A DNA stretch of 59,201 nt, from assembly GCA_032718475.1 (NCBI GenBank), contig JAUCBJ010007454.1, positions 1 to 59,201 on the forward strand. Direction: 5' to 3'. Both the position numbers and the translations under genes were made by a program. Below the pieces are notes generated by a model. It worked only from the letters and a program-made list of their open reading frames with translations, made no database searches and was not told the origin of the DNA. The stretch's first letter is position 1. Each line of letters begins with the position of its first letter. Source of the stretch: Nemertoderma westbladi (lineage: Eukaryota; Animalia; Xenacoelomorpha). Below are positions 1-13,068 of the stretch, piece after piece.

Positions 1-3000
1 AACTTCCACCGAACACACCGCTACTTGAACCACACTGATTCACATTCCACCGAACACACCGCTACTTGAACCACAGTGATTCACATTCCACCTAACACAG
101 TAACACACCGCTACTTGAACCACACTGATTCACATTCCACCGAACACACCGCTACTTGAACCACAGTGATTCACATTCCATCGAACACAGTAACACACCG
201 CTACTTGAACCACACTGATTCACATTTCACCGAACACACCGCTACTTGAACTTCCACCGAACACACCGCTACTTGAACCACACTGATTCACATTCCACCG
301 AACACACCGCTACTTGAACCACAGTGATTCACATTCCACCTAACACACCGATACTTGAACCACAGTGATTCACATTCCATCGAACACACCGATACTTGAA
401 CCACAGTGATTCACATTCCATCGAACACAGTAACACACCGCTACTTGAACCGCACTGATTCACATTCCACCGAACACACCGCTACTTGAACCACAGTGAT
501 TCACATACCACCGAACACACCGCTACTTGAACCACAGTGATTCACATTCCACCGAACACACCGATACTTGAACCACAGTGATTCACATACCACCGAACAC
601 ACCGCTACTTGAACCACACTGATTCACATTCCACCGAACACACCGATACTTGAACCACAGTGATTCACATTCCACCGAACACAGTAACACACCGTTACTT
701 GAACCACAGTGATTCACATACCACCGAACACACCGCTACTTGAACCACAGTGATTCACATTCCACCGAACACACCGATACTTGAACCACAGTGATTCACA
801 TACCACCGAACACATCGATACTTGAACCACACTGATTCACATTCCATCGAACACAATAACACACCGTTACTTGAACCACAGTGATTCACATTCCACCGAA
901 CACACCGCTACTTGAACCACACTGATTCACATTCCACCGAACACACCGCTACTTGAACCACACTGATTCACATTCCACCTAACACACCCCTAATTGAACC
1001 ACAGTGATTCACATTCCACCGAACACACCGCTACTTGAACCACACTGATTCACATTCCACCGAATACACCGATACTTGAATCACGTTGATTCACATTCCA
1101 TCGAACACACCGCTACTTGAACCACACTGATTCACATTTCACCGAACACACCGATACTTGAACCACAGTGATTCACATTCCACCGAACACACCGATACTT
1201 GAACCACAGTGATTCACATTCCACCGAACACAATAACACACCGTTACTTGAACCACAGTGATTCACATTCCACCGAACACACCGCTACTTGAACCACACT
1301 GATTCACATTCCACCGAACACACCGCTACTTGAACCACACTGATTCACATTCCACCTAACACACCCCTAATTGAACCACAGTGATTCACATTCCACCGAA
1401 CACACCGCTACTTGAACCACACTGATTCACATTCCACCGAACACACCGCTACTTGAACCACCGTGATTCACATTCCACCGAACACAATAACACACCGTTA
1501 CTTGAACCACAGTGATTCACATTCCACCGAACACACCGCTACTTGAACCACACTGATTCACATTCCACCGAACACACCGCTACTTGAACCACACTGATTC
1601 ACATTCCACCTAACACACCCCTAATTGAACCACAGTGATTCACATTCCACCGAACACACCGCTACTTGAACCACACTGATTCACATTCCACCGAACACAC
1701 CGATACTTGAACCACATTGATTCACATTCCATCGAACACACCGCTACTTGAACCACACTGATTCACATTCCACCGAACACATCGATACTTGAACCACACT
1801 GATTCACATTCCATCGAACAAAATAACACACCGTTACTTGAACCACAGTGATTCACATTCCACCGAACACACCGCTACTTGAACCACAGTGATTCACATT
1901 CCACCGAACACACCGATACTTGAACCACAGTGATTCACATACCACCGAACACATCGATACTTGAACCACACTGATTCACATTCCATCGAACACAATAACA
2001 CACCGTTACTTGAACCACAGTGATTCACATTCCACCGAACACACCGATACTTGAACCACAGTGATTCACATACCACCGAACACATCGATACTTGAACCAC
2101 ACTGATTCACATTCCATCGAACACAATAACACACCGTTACTTGAACCACAGTGATTCACATTCCACCGAACACACCGCTACTTGAACCACACTGATTCAC
2201 ATTCCACCGAACACACCGCTACTTGAACCACACTGATTCACATTCCACCTAACACACCCCTAATTGAACCACAGTGATTCACATTCCACCGAACACACCG
2301 CTACTTGAACCACACTGATTCACATTCCACCGAATACACCGATACTTGAATCACGTTGATTCACATTCCATCGAACACACCGCTACTTGAACCACACTGA
2401 TTCACATTTCACCGAACACACCGATACTTGAACCACAGTGATTCACATTCCACCGAACACACCGATACTTGAACCACAGTGATTCACATTCCACCGAACA
2501 CAATAACACACCGTTACTTGAACCACAGTGATTCACATTCCACCGAACACACCGCTACTTGAACCACACTGATTCACATTCCACCGAACACACCGCTACT
2601 TGAACCACACTGATTCACATTCCACCTAACACACCCCTAATTGAACCACAGTGATTCACATTCCACCGAACACACCGCTACTTGAACCACACTGATTCAC
2701 ATTCCACCGAACACACCGCTACTTGAACCACCGTGATTCACATTCCACCGAACACAATAACACACCGTTACTTGAACCACAGTGATTCACATTCCACCGA
2801 ACACACCGCTACTTGAACCACACTGATTCACATTCCACCGAACACACCGCTACTTGAACCACACTGATTCACATTCCACCTAACAAACCCCTAATTGAAC
2901 CACAGTGATTCACATTCCACCGAACACACCGCTACTTGAACCACACTGATTCACATTCCACCGAACACACCGATACATGAACCACATTGATTCACATTCC

Positions 3001-4234
3001 ATCGAACACACCGCTACTTGAACCACACTGATTCACATTCCACCGAACACACCGATACTTGAACCACAGTGATTCACATTCCACCGAACACACCGATACT
3101 TGAACCACAGTGATTCACATTCCACCGAACACACCGATACTTGAACCACAGTGATTCACATTCCACCGAACACACCGATACTTGAACCACGGTGATTCAC
3201 ATTTCTCCGAACACACGGCTACTTGAACCACAGTAATTCACATCCACCGAACACACCGCTACTTGAACCACAGTGATTCACATACCACCGAACACACCGA
3301 TACTTGAACCACAGTGATTCACATTCCACCGAACACACCGATACTTGACCCACAGTGATTCACATTCCACCGAACACACCGATACTTGAACCACAGTGAT
3401 TCACATTCCACCGAACACACCGATACTTGAACCACAGTGATTCACATCCACCGAACACACCGCTACTTGAACCACAGTGATTCACATACCACCGAACACA
3501 CCGATACTTGAACCACAGTGATTCACATCCACCGAACACACCGCTACTTGAACCACAGTGATTCACATACCACCGAACACACCGATACTTGAACCACAGT
3601 GATTCACATTCCACCGAACACACCGATACTTGAACCAGTGATTCACATTCCACCGAACACACCGATACTTGAACCACAGTGATTCACATTCCACCGAACA
3701 CACCGATACTTGAACCACAGTGATTCACATTCCACCGAACACACCGATACTTGAACCACAGTGATTCACATTTCACCGAACACACCGCTACTTGAACCAC
3801 AGTGATTCACATTCCACCGAACACACCGATACTTGAACCACAGTGATTCACATTCCACCGAACACACCGATACTTGAACCACAGTGATTCACATTCCACC
3901 GAACACAGTAACACACCGATACTTGAACCACACTGATTCACATTCTACCGAACACACCGATACTTGAACCACAGTGATTCACATTCCACCGAACACACCG
4001 ATACTTGAACCACAGTGATTCACATTTCACCGAACACACCGCTACTTGAACCACAGTGATTCACATTCCACCGAACACACCGATACTTGAACCACAGTGA
4101 TTCACATTCCACCGAACACACCGTTACTTGAACCACAGTGATTCACATTCCACCGAACACACCGATACTTGAACCACAGTGATTCACATTCCACCAAACA
4201 CAGTAACACACCGTTACTTGAACCACACTGATTC
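1..4234. repeat. 41-bp tandem satellite (CACATTCCACCGAACACACCGATACTTGAACCACAGTGATT), intronic in the TEP1-like gene
   Basis: About 100 near-identical 41-bp units, some with an 8-bp insertion; continues past the window start. Confidence 0.97.
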
Positions 4235-5608
4235 TACTACTAGTATCGGCATGCTGCATTGCAGCTGCTTTTTTAAGAATGCTGTGCCGGCTTGTCGACA
4301 AAATTGCGCGGCTTGTCGACAAAATTGCGTCGCCACAACTCCCTATCACCCATGACATTTGCTAGATCATCCGCATCTTCAAGGCCATTGTCCTTTAAGA
4401 TGCGTCTCAAGAAAGTCATGGGCTGTCCACCATGCTTATTCACTCCATGAGGCTGCCAAAGTACAAGATTATGCACTGGCTGGTCCTCACGGCGAAAGCA
4501 ATGTCCTGCAAAGCGGAGGCGATTTTGTTCTAGTGTCAAGCTTGGGGGAACCAATGAGACACCTCCAATGTTATAAAGTGTCTGGTTGGAGATGTGTGCA
4601 TTGTACTTGACACAATGAACCCGGCGTAGCATTCTTGTGAATGTGCCATCCAGAGATTTGGTGTCCTCAGCAGTTAGAGCCCAGCATGGACTCCCATAGA
4701 GGAGTACTGGAACTACTGCTGCTCTAAATAATCGGACCTTTAGTTTCCGATTAATTCTCGGTGACTTCCAAATCCTGGAAAGCCCATTCAAGGCTGCCCA
4801 TGCCTTTCCCTTACGTATTCGAAGGTCCTCATCTGACTTCCGGATCCATGATCCCAGGTAACAGAAGTCGTCCACATGCTCAAGCATACCATCCTTTGAG
4901 CTTATGCTCATCCGATCAGAGACTTGCTGAGAACTTTCAAAGTTAACTGTCAAAATTTTGGTCTTTCTGGAGTTAATAAAAAGACCAACACTAGAAGCAG
5001 CATGTTCTAATGAGCTGAGGAGCCGTTGGGCTCCCTCTAGTGATTCTGAGAGTACTCTAAGTCATCAGCAAAGTCTAGATCAGTTAGGTACTTGGCAGGA
5101 TTTCCTCGACTTCTGGAGCCAGTAGGTGGAGTTATCATCACCCCATCATCATTATGATGATCTAAAGACATGCGTAGAACATAGTCAACCACAATTATGA
5201 ACAAGAATGGTGCAAGTGTGTCTCCCTGGAGGACGCCCCATAACACTTCAAATGGTTCTGTGTCACCGTCAACAGTATAGACACAAATGTTGTCGAACCA
5301 TCGTATACTGATCTGATTGCTGCAATAATTTCATCGGGAATCCCATATAATGAAAGTATGCTGAACATACGTGACCAAGAGACTGAATCAAAGGCCTTGA
5401 AGAAGTCAACAAAGATAACAGCCAGATGTCTGTCTTTCTTTTTTGATAACTCTTCAATTATCCTTCTAAGTGCCAAAATGGGCTCCATGGTCCCACGACC
5501 TTTACGGAACCCATTCTGATTTCCACGGAGCATTCTCTCAATGGGATCCCTGATGCAATTTAATAGAATTCTATTGTATAGCTTTGCAGCAATCGAGATC
5601 AATGAGAT
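4235..5608 (-). mobile_element. 5'-truncated, frameshifted RTE-type non-LTR retrotransposon inserted in the satellite
   Basis: RT motifs across ORFs 5195-5611, 5037-5246 and 4273-4953 (QNGFRKGR, FVDFFKAFDSV, GVLQGDTLAP, DFADD, YLGS, RFAGH); short (TAG)n tail; CACACTGATTC duplicated at 4224-4234 and 5609-5619. Confidence 0.9.
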
Positions 5609-5709
5609 CACACTGATTCACATTCCACCGAACACACCGATACTTGAACCACAGTGATTCACATTCCACCGAACACACCGCTACTTGAACCACAGTGATT
5701 CACATTCCA
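5609..5709. repeat. Remaining 41-bp satellite units between the LINE and the TEP1 exon
   Basis: Same unit as 1-4234. Confidence 0.93.
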
Positions 5710-5715
5710 ACTCAC

Positions 5716-5912
5716 CTAGCTGGTGGATTCCACCGAGCACCGGTTTCCCATTAATCTCTCCTACCCAGTTGCTATGGTAACCAGGTAAGTATTTCCTCGA
5801 CTCCTTTACGAGTTGTTTAAGTTCATCCAATCGGAGGACCTGGCCAGGGGAGTCAGGAAAGAATACCGACACCCACTTCTGCGGCAGGACTTTAAGTACT
5901 TTCAGTTTATCC
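5716..5912 (-). CDS. TEP1: TEP1-like gene, third coding exon seen
   Basis: Acceptor ccatttAG, donor GTGAG; phase matches the previous exon; peptide DKLKVLKVLPQKWVSVFFPDSPGQVLRLDELKQLVKESRKYLPGYHSNWVGEINGKPVLGGIHQLG resembles the post-DUF4062 region of TEP1. Confidence 0.8.
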
Positions 5913-6361
5913 CTAAATGGGTAAAATATGTGAATAATTAAATTAAATAGAACTGGACCACCACTCCCGGTGGCAGATGTTCTTCTACTACAACTGGACA
6001 TATTCAGTGAGTTACTGTAGTAGGCCTACATAGTTGATCCTGTAGTCGGTAGAGACACTATTAGCTTCTAGTTTTGAACAACATGTACTAAATTAGTAAT
6101 AACGTAATAGTAATATAATAGTCGGAACGACTATTATATTACATTAACCATTATTATTCATTAAACAAACTTAATTTATTATACATTTGGACATAAATAG
6201 TAATAATACCTATTATTATATGTATGTGACATTACGGTACGTTACGTTACGTACAAAAGAATAGGCACTGGAACCTGTACCAGAGGTCTAGTTAAGGTCT
6301 TTAATATAGATTGGCTAAAGTCAAGCAGCGCATAAAACTCAGGTATAAAAAACTTCAGTAC

Positions 6362-6541
6362 CTCAGATAATATAAGGATTTTCCAGGGTTTTTTTTCAAT
6401 CCTTGACGCATTTCCATGTCAGTTATACTGATATCGGAACGGCACTCATTCAACCAATCGAACTGGGGTTCTTTAGGTATTGCAGACGGGTCAGGTACCC
6501 ACCCATAGCGCTCCCCTAGGAGACCGATAAAGTAGTCGCAC
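6362..6541 (-). CDS. TEP1: TEP1-like gene, second coding exon (DUF4062 C-terminal part); absent from the ORF track
   Basis: 180-bp phase-2/phase-2 exon with cAG and GT; translates CDYFIGLLGERYGWVP...SITDMEMRQGLKKNPGKSLYYLR, a typical DUF4062 motif continuing exon 1. Confidence 0.88.
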
Positions 6542-7342
6542 CTGTGGATTAAAGTAGTCGCACCTGTGGATATGATATTCTAGAACTTATTTCTCGCTTA
6601 ATCTGCTATAAGTGCAGGTCTAAAGCGCGTAAAAAATACAAACCAAATTAGTGAAATTAAATAAACTTAGATCTATAATAATGTCCAAAAGAAACGTTGA
6701 AATATTCAGATTTTAGTGTCTTCTTGTAATAATACTAGACTGGATTCTGGCTGGTAGGTAACCGATTGAATATAACAGGTGTTGCGTACGAGAAACTTCA
6801 ATCACCATAAGAGTTATATTCACAAACAGACTTGATTAATGTTAACTGGTAGTGACTCAATACCAGTTAACATCAAAACTATTGAGACCTTGAAGTGTGT
6901 GAATTAATATTAATAAAATCCGACAGAGAAGCTGGAGCTTGATAAGGAAGCTCCCCCTCCACCCACCCCTCATTACTTCTTTACACATATTCAGCATCAT
7001 GCATTTTCTCACTTTCTGGGTGGTAACGCTTACTAGCAATGCTATTAGCTGCCATCCAGACCATCATAGACATATCATACTCTCACCCTCAGTTCTAGTT
7101 CAAGTTCAAGGAAGTCTATGTCAGTCAGGAGTCAATAGAGTTGAAAATAATTTCAATAAAATTATACAAATTTGATTTATTACTTAATTTATTACAAATA
7201 TAATGTATATAATATAATATAGTTAGTTATTAATTATTTTAATTTTATTTATTACGAAAAGCGTTCGTGAATTGTAACTAAAGCTTTAAATATATATATA
7301 AAACAAATCAATCTACAATGTTAGATTAGACGTAAACCCCAC

Positions 7343-10305
7343 CTGATAACTTCTTCCAAACACAATCCCACAGATTTACTGTGTTTGAAATCATCCTCAG
7401 TGATTCCCCAGCGGAGATCAACCTCGAAAACATTGATAAATAACGGGTTGAAGTGCCGTCGCAGTTCCGGGAACACGTACCGTGACAGCATATCGCGTTC
7501 CCCAAACATATCGCGGAACGTGGAACTTATAAATACTCTAACGGTCCGCCATTGGGCTGTGGGACGATGAACGGGTACCACTGCGGGAACTTTAGCTTTG
7601 GTCTCGATCCCAGGATTGGTAACCGGGGTCACATCGATGGTGTCCAGTTGGTAGACTTTGTCAATGTTGTTTACATGGTTCAGTTGGCCTTTGTTCCCAC
7701 GTTCGGCTATAAACTTTAGGATTTGGTCGGAATATCCAGTTAGCAAAACATCGTTGGGATGAGCCAATGGGGTGTCAGTGACGTTCGTATTGGCTAAAAG
7801 ATCAACGTTGACATACAAGAGGTTTTTATTGACTTGTTGGCGATACTTCCTAGTAAAATTACCCGCGAGATTTCTAATATGTTCGGTTGAAGTTCCGATG
7901 GTAATCAGGTTGTCCAGCTGACTTCTATCATGGACCATGTCCATAAGAGACGTCCAAGGCGAATGTCCCGCATCTGACTTCCAGTTCGTTAACTTACCCT
8001 TCATTATTGTCGCGAGTTTCAGCACACTGTCCAGCACGTCGAGAATAGTGCCTTTCTCTAACTCGACTACTTTACTCTCAGCCTCGGTGTAGATAAAGAA
8101 GGTGGAGTCCTCGCAGCAGTATTTGCACATCAGCCCGAGTAGTAGGCCGACCTCCAACAGCGACCTGGGCTTCCCTAGACCCCGGGCCGCGGTGCAGGGG
8201 AGATCCATAGCCGAACTAACCTCACACAAGATTATGGTACAACCCGCGATAGGAGTTACATTGTGAACCGTCGCTATCTTAACCGACTGATCCAAAGCTT
8301 TCTTATACCGCTCGATAACTGACTTATCGAACAGACAGACTTTAGTCGGTTTGGCCTGGCCTTTCTTCTTTAATCGTTTAGCCATTGCGTATTTTCCCTT
8401 TTGTTTCAAACTCTTTATCATTTTAGCTTTATTATTAAACATCCCTTTACTAGTAAACGACTTTTCCGCATTTTCTACAGCAAGCAGGACGGTCTTCTCA
8501 AACTCTTTAACGAGGCCATTAAGAGCTTCATAAGCAGAGAAGAATCTAAAGGGGAACTGTTTGGAGCGAGTCACCTGCCATTTATCCTGTAAGCGTTTCA
8601 GCACCATCGCGTGGTGTTTCTCGCTGATTCCAGCGCGAATTAGGTTGCGTAGATTACGCAGCATCGCCATGAACGGGAGCTTCTTGTTGTCCAACAGAGA
8701 CTCCCAGACCTCTGCTTTATTCCCCTTCATAGACACCTGGGTCTCCCAGGTCTCCGGGGTTTTCAACTTCATCCGGATACCAGCACGACTGGAATCGAAC
8801 TCACCAGGGAGTTTACTCCTGTAGTATTCCTCCATATTTCCAGGGTATTTCTTCCCCAGAATGCACATCACATGGTAAACCGGCTCGGTTATATGTAGTT
8901 TCCTTATCAGTTGTTTTAATGTAAAATGAACTCCAGTGGAATTCTTTTGTTCATCAACAACTTCGTCTCTCGATAACTCAGTTTCCTTTCCTTTTTTATT
9001 TTTTCTCCAAGCTGATGTTAACTGCCGTCTCGCTATTCCCACTTCCGGAACTGTTTTACTGGGAATTCTCGATTTGTTACTTAAAAGTTTGGCTCTGTTG
9101 AGTTTCAACTTTGATTTCTCTTTGTTATATTTACCGAGAAGGTATTCGTCGAACCCAATAAACCTCGCAGACATTACCTTCCGCAACGCGGCTGGAACGT
9201 GTCCATCCAATAAACTTCCGTCAGAAAAAGTCGTGTAGATTTCTGCGACTTCGATCCAATCGTTCGGAATAACAACAATCTTAGAGAAATAGCGCTTGAG
9301 AAACGGTCGACAAGCCGGATGAAACGATGCCAAAGCGACGAGGTAATTGGAAGGTGTTCGGATGTTGAGTTCTAGTCTGGAATAAAGAGCGACCTTCAGG
9401 ACGAATTCCGGGTCGCCAGCTGCGACAACGTCAGAGACCAGCGAGGCTATTCGGTTACGAGTTGCGTCGTTTCTGTCTCGGTAATCCGGAGAGCTAACCA
9501 AACTGCTCGCAATTCCGTTTATAAAGGATTTCTTAAGAACGTCGACTTCATCCGCATCTTCGTGTTTTTGTCTCTTACAAGGGATTTCATCTTCTATCTG
9601 ATTTGGGGGACTAACGAACAAACTCTGTGCGTTTGATTCAGATGACCCAGCCAAGGAGATGGTCTGGTAGTCGGGAAACTGGGGCGACACCGACGAGGTC
9701 TGGGTGTCTAGAGACTGACAACTATCCTGAGATATCTGCCTCGACAGAGAAGGGGTTCCGCCGTCTAGTTTCAATAGTGTCGGCCGGAGTTGGTTGCCAT
9801 GACTGCGTAATCCTAGCTCCAGACTACCAGCTGTCAAGGGATCTATTAAGGTACCGGTACCGGTACTTGGTGTTTTACGTTTCTGTGGAAGTTTGGAAAG
9901 TCTTGGTGCCAACAGCAGTGGATTCTGTGACGACAGTTGATAATTCGTTAGATAAAATGTTTTAATGTTTATAATAGAAATCGCCTTATTAGAGGAAATA
10001 GTTGTCTTAGGGGAATTGGATTGCAGAATAAGTGATGATGACAAATAGTTTTTTCCCGACTTTACATGACTTTGTTGTAGTTGAGTGTTAACCAACGATG
10101 ACGTTGGTCTCATATTAGATAGCGGTAGCGGCGTTCGAAGTGACATTGATTGAGAAGACAAGCCGAGTGCGCCTTTCGTTGGCATTTTTTCTCCAGAATA
10201 ATTGACGGCCCCAGTTAGACCAAGCTGACCTAAGTTGTTGGATAGGTTTGGAGAAGTTAAACGACCCGTCAACTGCGTTCGATGCTGCAATAGTGGATTT
10301 TCCAT
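7343..10305 (-). CDS. TEP1: Telomerase-associated protein 1 / vault component TEP1-like, large first coding exon
   Basis: TROVE motifs (DPEFVLKVALYSRLELNIR, FDEYLLGKYN, TLKQLIRKLH, PETWET, LPFMAMLRNLRNL, QFPFRFFSAY), VWA-like region, DUF4062 start (VRVFISSTFRDMFGERD, VDLRWGIT); CAG|GT donor at 7343/7342. Confidence 0.92.
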
Positions 10306-10965
10306 ACTAATTTAATTATTCAATAGCAGAATAGTCATACTCCAGTACTCTCTGACTCTTCTGAGCCTAATTCAATTCAGTAGGCCTAATTACTAAATAA
10401 AATAATCAGATAGCAGGATAGGCCTAATTACTAAATAAAATAATCAGATAGCAGGATAGGCCTAATAAATACATTTAATAGGCCTAAAATAAATAATTAA
10501 ATTCAGTTCTGCAGTTTGTAGGTGGTCAGATTTTTCAACCGGAAATCTTTTAGAGAATGTCGTGTTTGTAGTTTGTCCCTCCAGCCAGCCCGGTCCGACG
10601 ACGACTGACAAAATAGTACAATATACAGATATAGTACAAAAGAGTACCAAAGAGTACAATAAAGTGAAAAATAGTACAAAAGAGTGCAAAAATAGTACAA
10701 ACTAGCGAGAAACGCATACAAAACGTGTATTGTATACCAGTGCAGTATACAATGTGTTGGCAAGCTGTAGGTATTATATATTAAGATGTATTATATACAT
10801 TATAAATGTATAATAACAAACACCTCGAAAAATACAGCTCTGCAGCTTGCCAACACATTGTTACTATCAATAATCAAAAATCAGGCTGTCAGGGGCTAAT
10901 ATAATCTGATAATGGCAGCTGGCTTTGACAGCTTTGAAGTTAATACTCCATATCTCAAGAATCTG

Positions 10966-11036
10966 TGGCCTAGCACCTAGTGGTTGTAGTCTCGGCTTCC
11001 ACCTCGAGGTCCAGAGGTCCCAGGTTCGAATCCGAC
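10966..11036 (+). promoter_or_regulatory. tRNA-derived Pol III internal promoter (tRNA-Gly(TCC)-like head)
   Basis: A box TAGCACCTAGTGG (10971-10983), anticodon-like arm CTCGG-CTTCCAC-CTCGAG, B box GGTTCGAATCC (11023-11033); no proper acceptor stem, so not a tRNA gene. Confidence 0.7.
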
Positions 11037-11079
11037 ACCACGCTGATGAGTCCCAGTAAGGTCGAAACGCGTACGTGGT
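11037..11079 (+). ncRNA. Minimal type I hammerhead ribozyme
   Basis: Helix I ACCACG/CGTGGT, core CTGATGA, helix II GTCC-CAGTAA-GGTC (one mismatch), GAAA, palindromic helix III ACGCGT, GUA cleavage triplet at 11071-11073. Confidence 0.82.
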
Positions 11080-12671
11080 TTGGAGAGATATGAGATATTA
11101 ATTTTAAGAAAATTACGCGATTCCTAAATTTGTACATTACCCGGCAGCCCGGTTAAAAAGTACGCATGTGATGGGATTAGTCCTACAATTGCGCCAATAA
11201 AAGATAAGTTATTTTCGGTAAAATAAACTTATCATTCGAGGTTAAGAAGACCCCTAGCAGCCTAGATCCCTTCATGCCTTCCTATAATAAGTGTACAGGT
11301 GTAGTATACAGTTATACCAGTATACACTACATGCACTTCACTTTTATACAAATATAATTAATTGTAAGCAAATGCAACGGCGCCGAAATACAGAAATATG
11401 CGCCGCTACAGCTGTACAGTGTCAATAGCTGAATAGCGGCATTGGTCAAGTATGAAATGATTGATAGAACTTTGATTCATATGTGGATTTTGACTGGCAT
11501 ACAGTAAAAGTTAGTAGGCTACTGTTCGTATACTACAATATAATGCAATATGGTACATACTCTGATACTACAGTACTATGCAGTGGGTAAATATAAACTC
11601 GTATAACTGAGACTCAAAAATCAGAAATTTACGTCATACTGTCATAGTCTTAAAGTAGCCAATATACTGAAGGATAGACTGTATGCCAGTACAGCAGTAT
11701 GTAGGATGCAGTATGCTACGTATAGACTACCGGTACGTTATGTAGGCTATGTACGGTATAGTCGGTATGTAATGTAATGTATGCCTCTCTCTATTCTATC
11801 TAGCAATTTTATTGAGTTCTCCTGCCTTCTGCAATTCTGCATGCTTGGCAGCTTGCAGCTTGGGACAGTTTATGTGTTTTTCGAACACAAAAAGCGGCAT
11901 TAAACTCAAAAGATTGTATTATTGTCATACTTTCTGACTGCTAGATTAGCGCCCCGCTCAATGCGTGGCTCGCCCCACACAGCCACAATGCATTGTTTTA
12001 TTTTGCACATCATGTGCGCCCCTCTACACGATTTGAACTACACTTGTACCGTTTCTCACTCGTTTGTACTCCATTGTACTATTTTTGCACTCTTTTGTAA
12101 TTTATTGTACTCTTTTGTACTATATTGCAGGCCCTACTATTTTGTATTTTTTTGTACAAATTCGTCGGACCCAGCCAGCCAGGCACCAACTAAACTAAAC
12201 TGTGTTAAATGTTAATATGTTAAAGTGGGAAGATTTTATTATTATTATACAGTAATATAGTATAATTATAGGCGATTTTGGAATTATTCAAATTTTGGAA
12301 CTTTGTGCGAGGGTAGATTCCAAAATCGGAATACACTCCAAAATTGGACTTTTCTAAATTAAAAAAAAAATATTTTAAAGTCCTGCAAATATATTTCCAT
12401 CATAAATTCTATCATTTTTCAATAAATATATGTTTTTTTGTGCCAAATTCATTATTCCTACCATGCTGCCATGATTTTGCAGAAATTTATTCATACATTC
12501 CAAAATTGGACTTTGTTTGCAGAGATGCTATGTAGGATGACTGCTGTAACACTAACAAGGTACAGGGGTCTGTCCATACGGCTATATGGGCATGACTACA
12601 GCTGTACCCTGTACAGCAAACAGCACAGTTGTACGCTAGAAGCACAGCTGCAGCGAAACACTAGATCAAGC

Positions 12672-12967
12672 AGCAGCTTGGTCTATTGGTAACATTCCTG
12701 GGCTTCCAATTAGGAAGCCCTGGTTCGATCCCTAGATGGGGCACGCCATCCTGGGCACGGTATGGTGCACGGGGGCAGCACTGTTTGAGCACAGCTGCAC
12801 AGTGCTTTAAATGCTTCAGCCTAGACCAACCCTAGCTTTCATCCTTGTGAGCGGTCGATAAATGGGAACCAATGCAACTTTGGAAAACATAATGGAAGAT
12901 TTACTATGGAATATCATCCGTGGTGTGGTGAACAGGCATTCCTTGGCTTTATTAGCCTAAAAAGATT
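12672..12967 (+). mobile_element. tRNA-derived SINE, copy 1
   Basis: A/B boxes (GGTTCGATCCC), core CTTTCATCCTT...GGTCGATAAAT, (ATT)-rich tail; homologous to 31955-32211. Confidence 0.82.
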
Positions 12968-13068
12968 ATTATATTATTATTATAAAATATTATTAATTAT
13001 AGATTATAATATGATTATATTATATTATATAAGATTATAGAAGAAAATAGATTATTATAAAAGATTAT

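Larger units (their letters stand above)
10591..12171. mobile_element. Non-autonomous DNA transposon with imperfect ~150-bp TIRs
   Basis: GGTCCGACGA...TAGTACAAAAGAGT...GAGAAACG is mirrored at about 12040-12171; flanked by the direct repeat CCAGCCAGCC (10581-10590, 12171-12180), i.e. an 8-10 bp TSD. Confidence 0.75.

Noticed and set aside
1-4358. Cys-rich ORFs and CRISPR-like periodicity in the 41-bp array
   Set aside because: Translations of satellite DNA; no unique spacers, no cas genes, eukaryotic context
10966-11040. Functional tRNA or vault RNA gene
   Set aside because: No acceptor stem or terminal stem and no adjacent poly-T terminator; runs straight into a hammerhead
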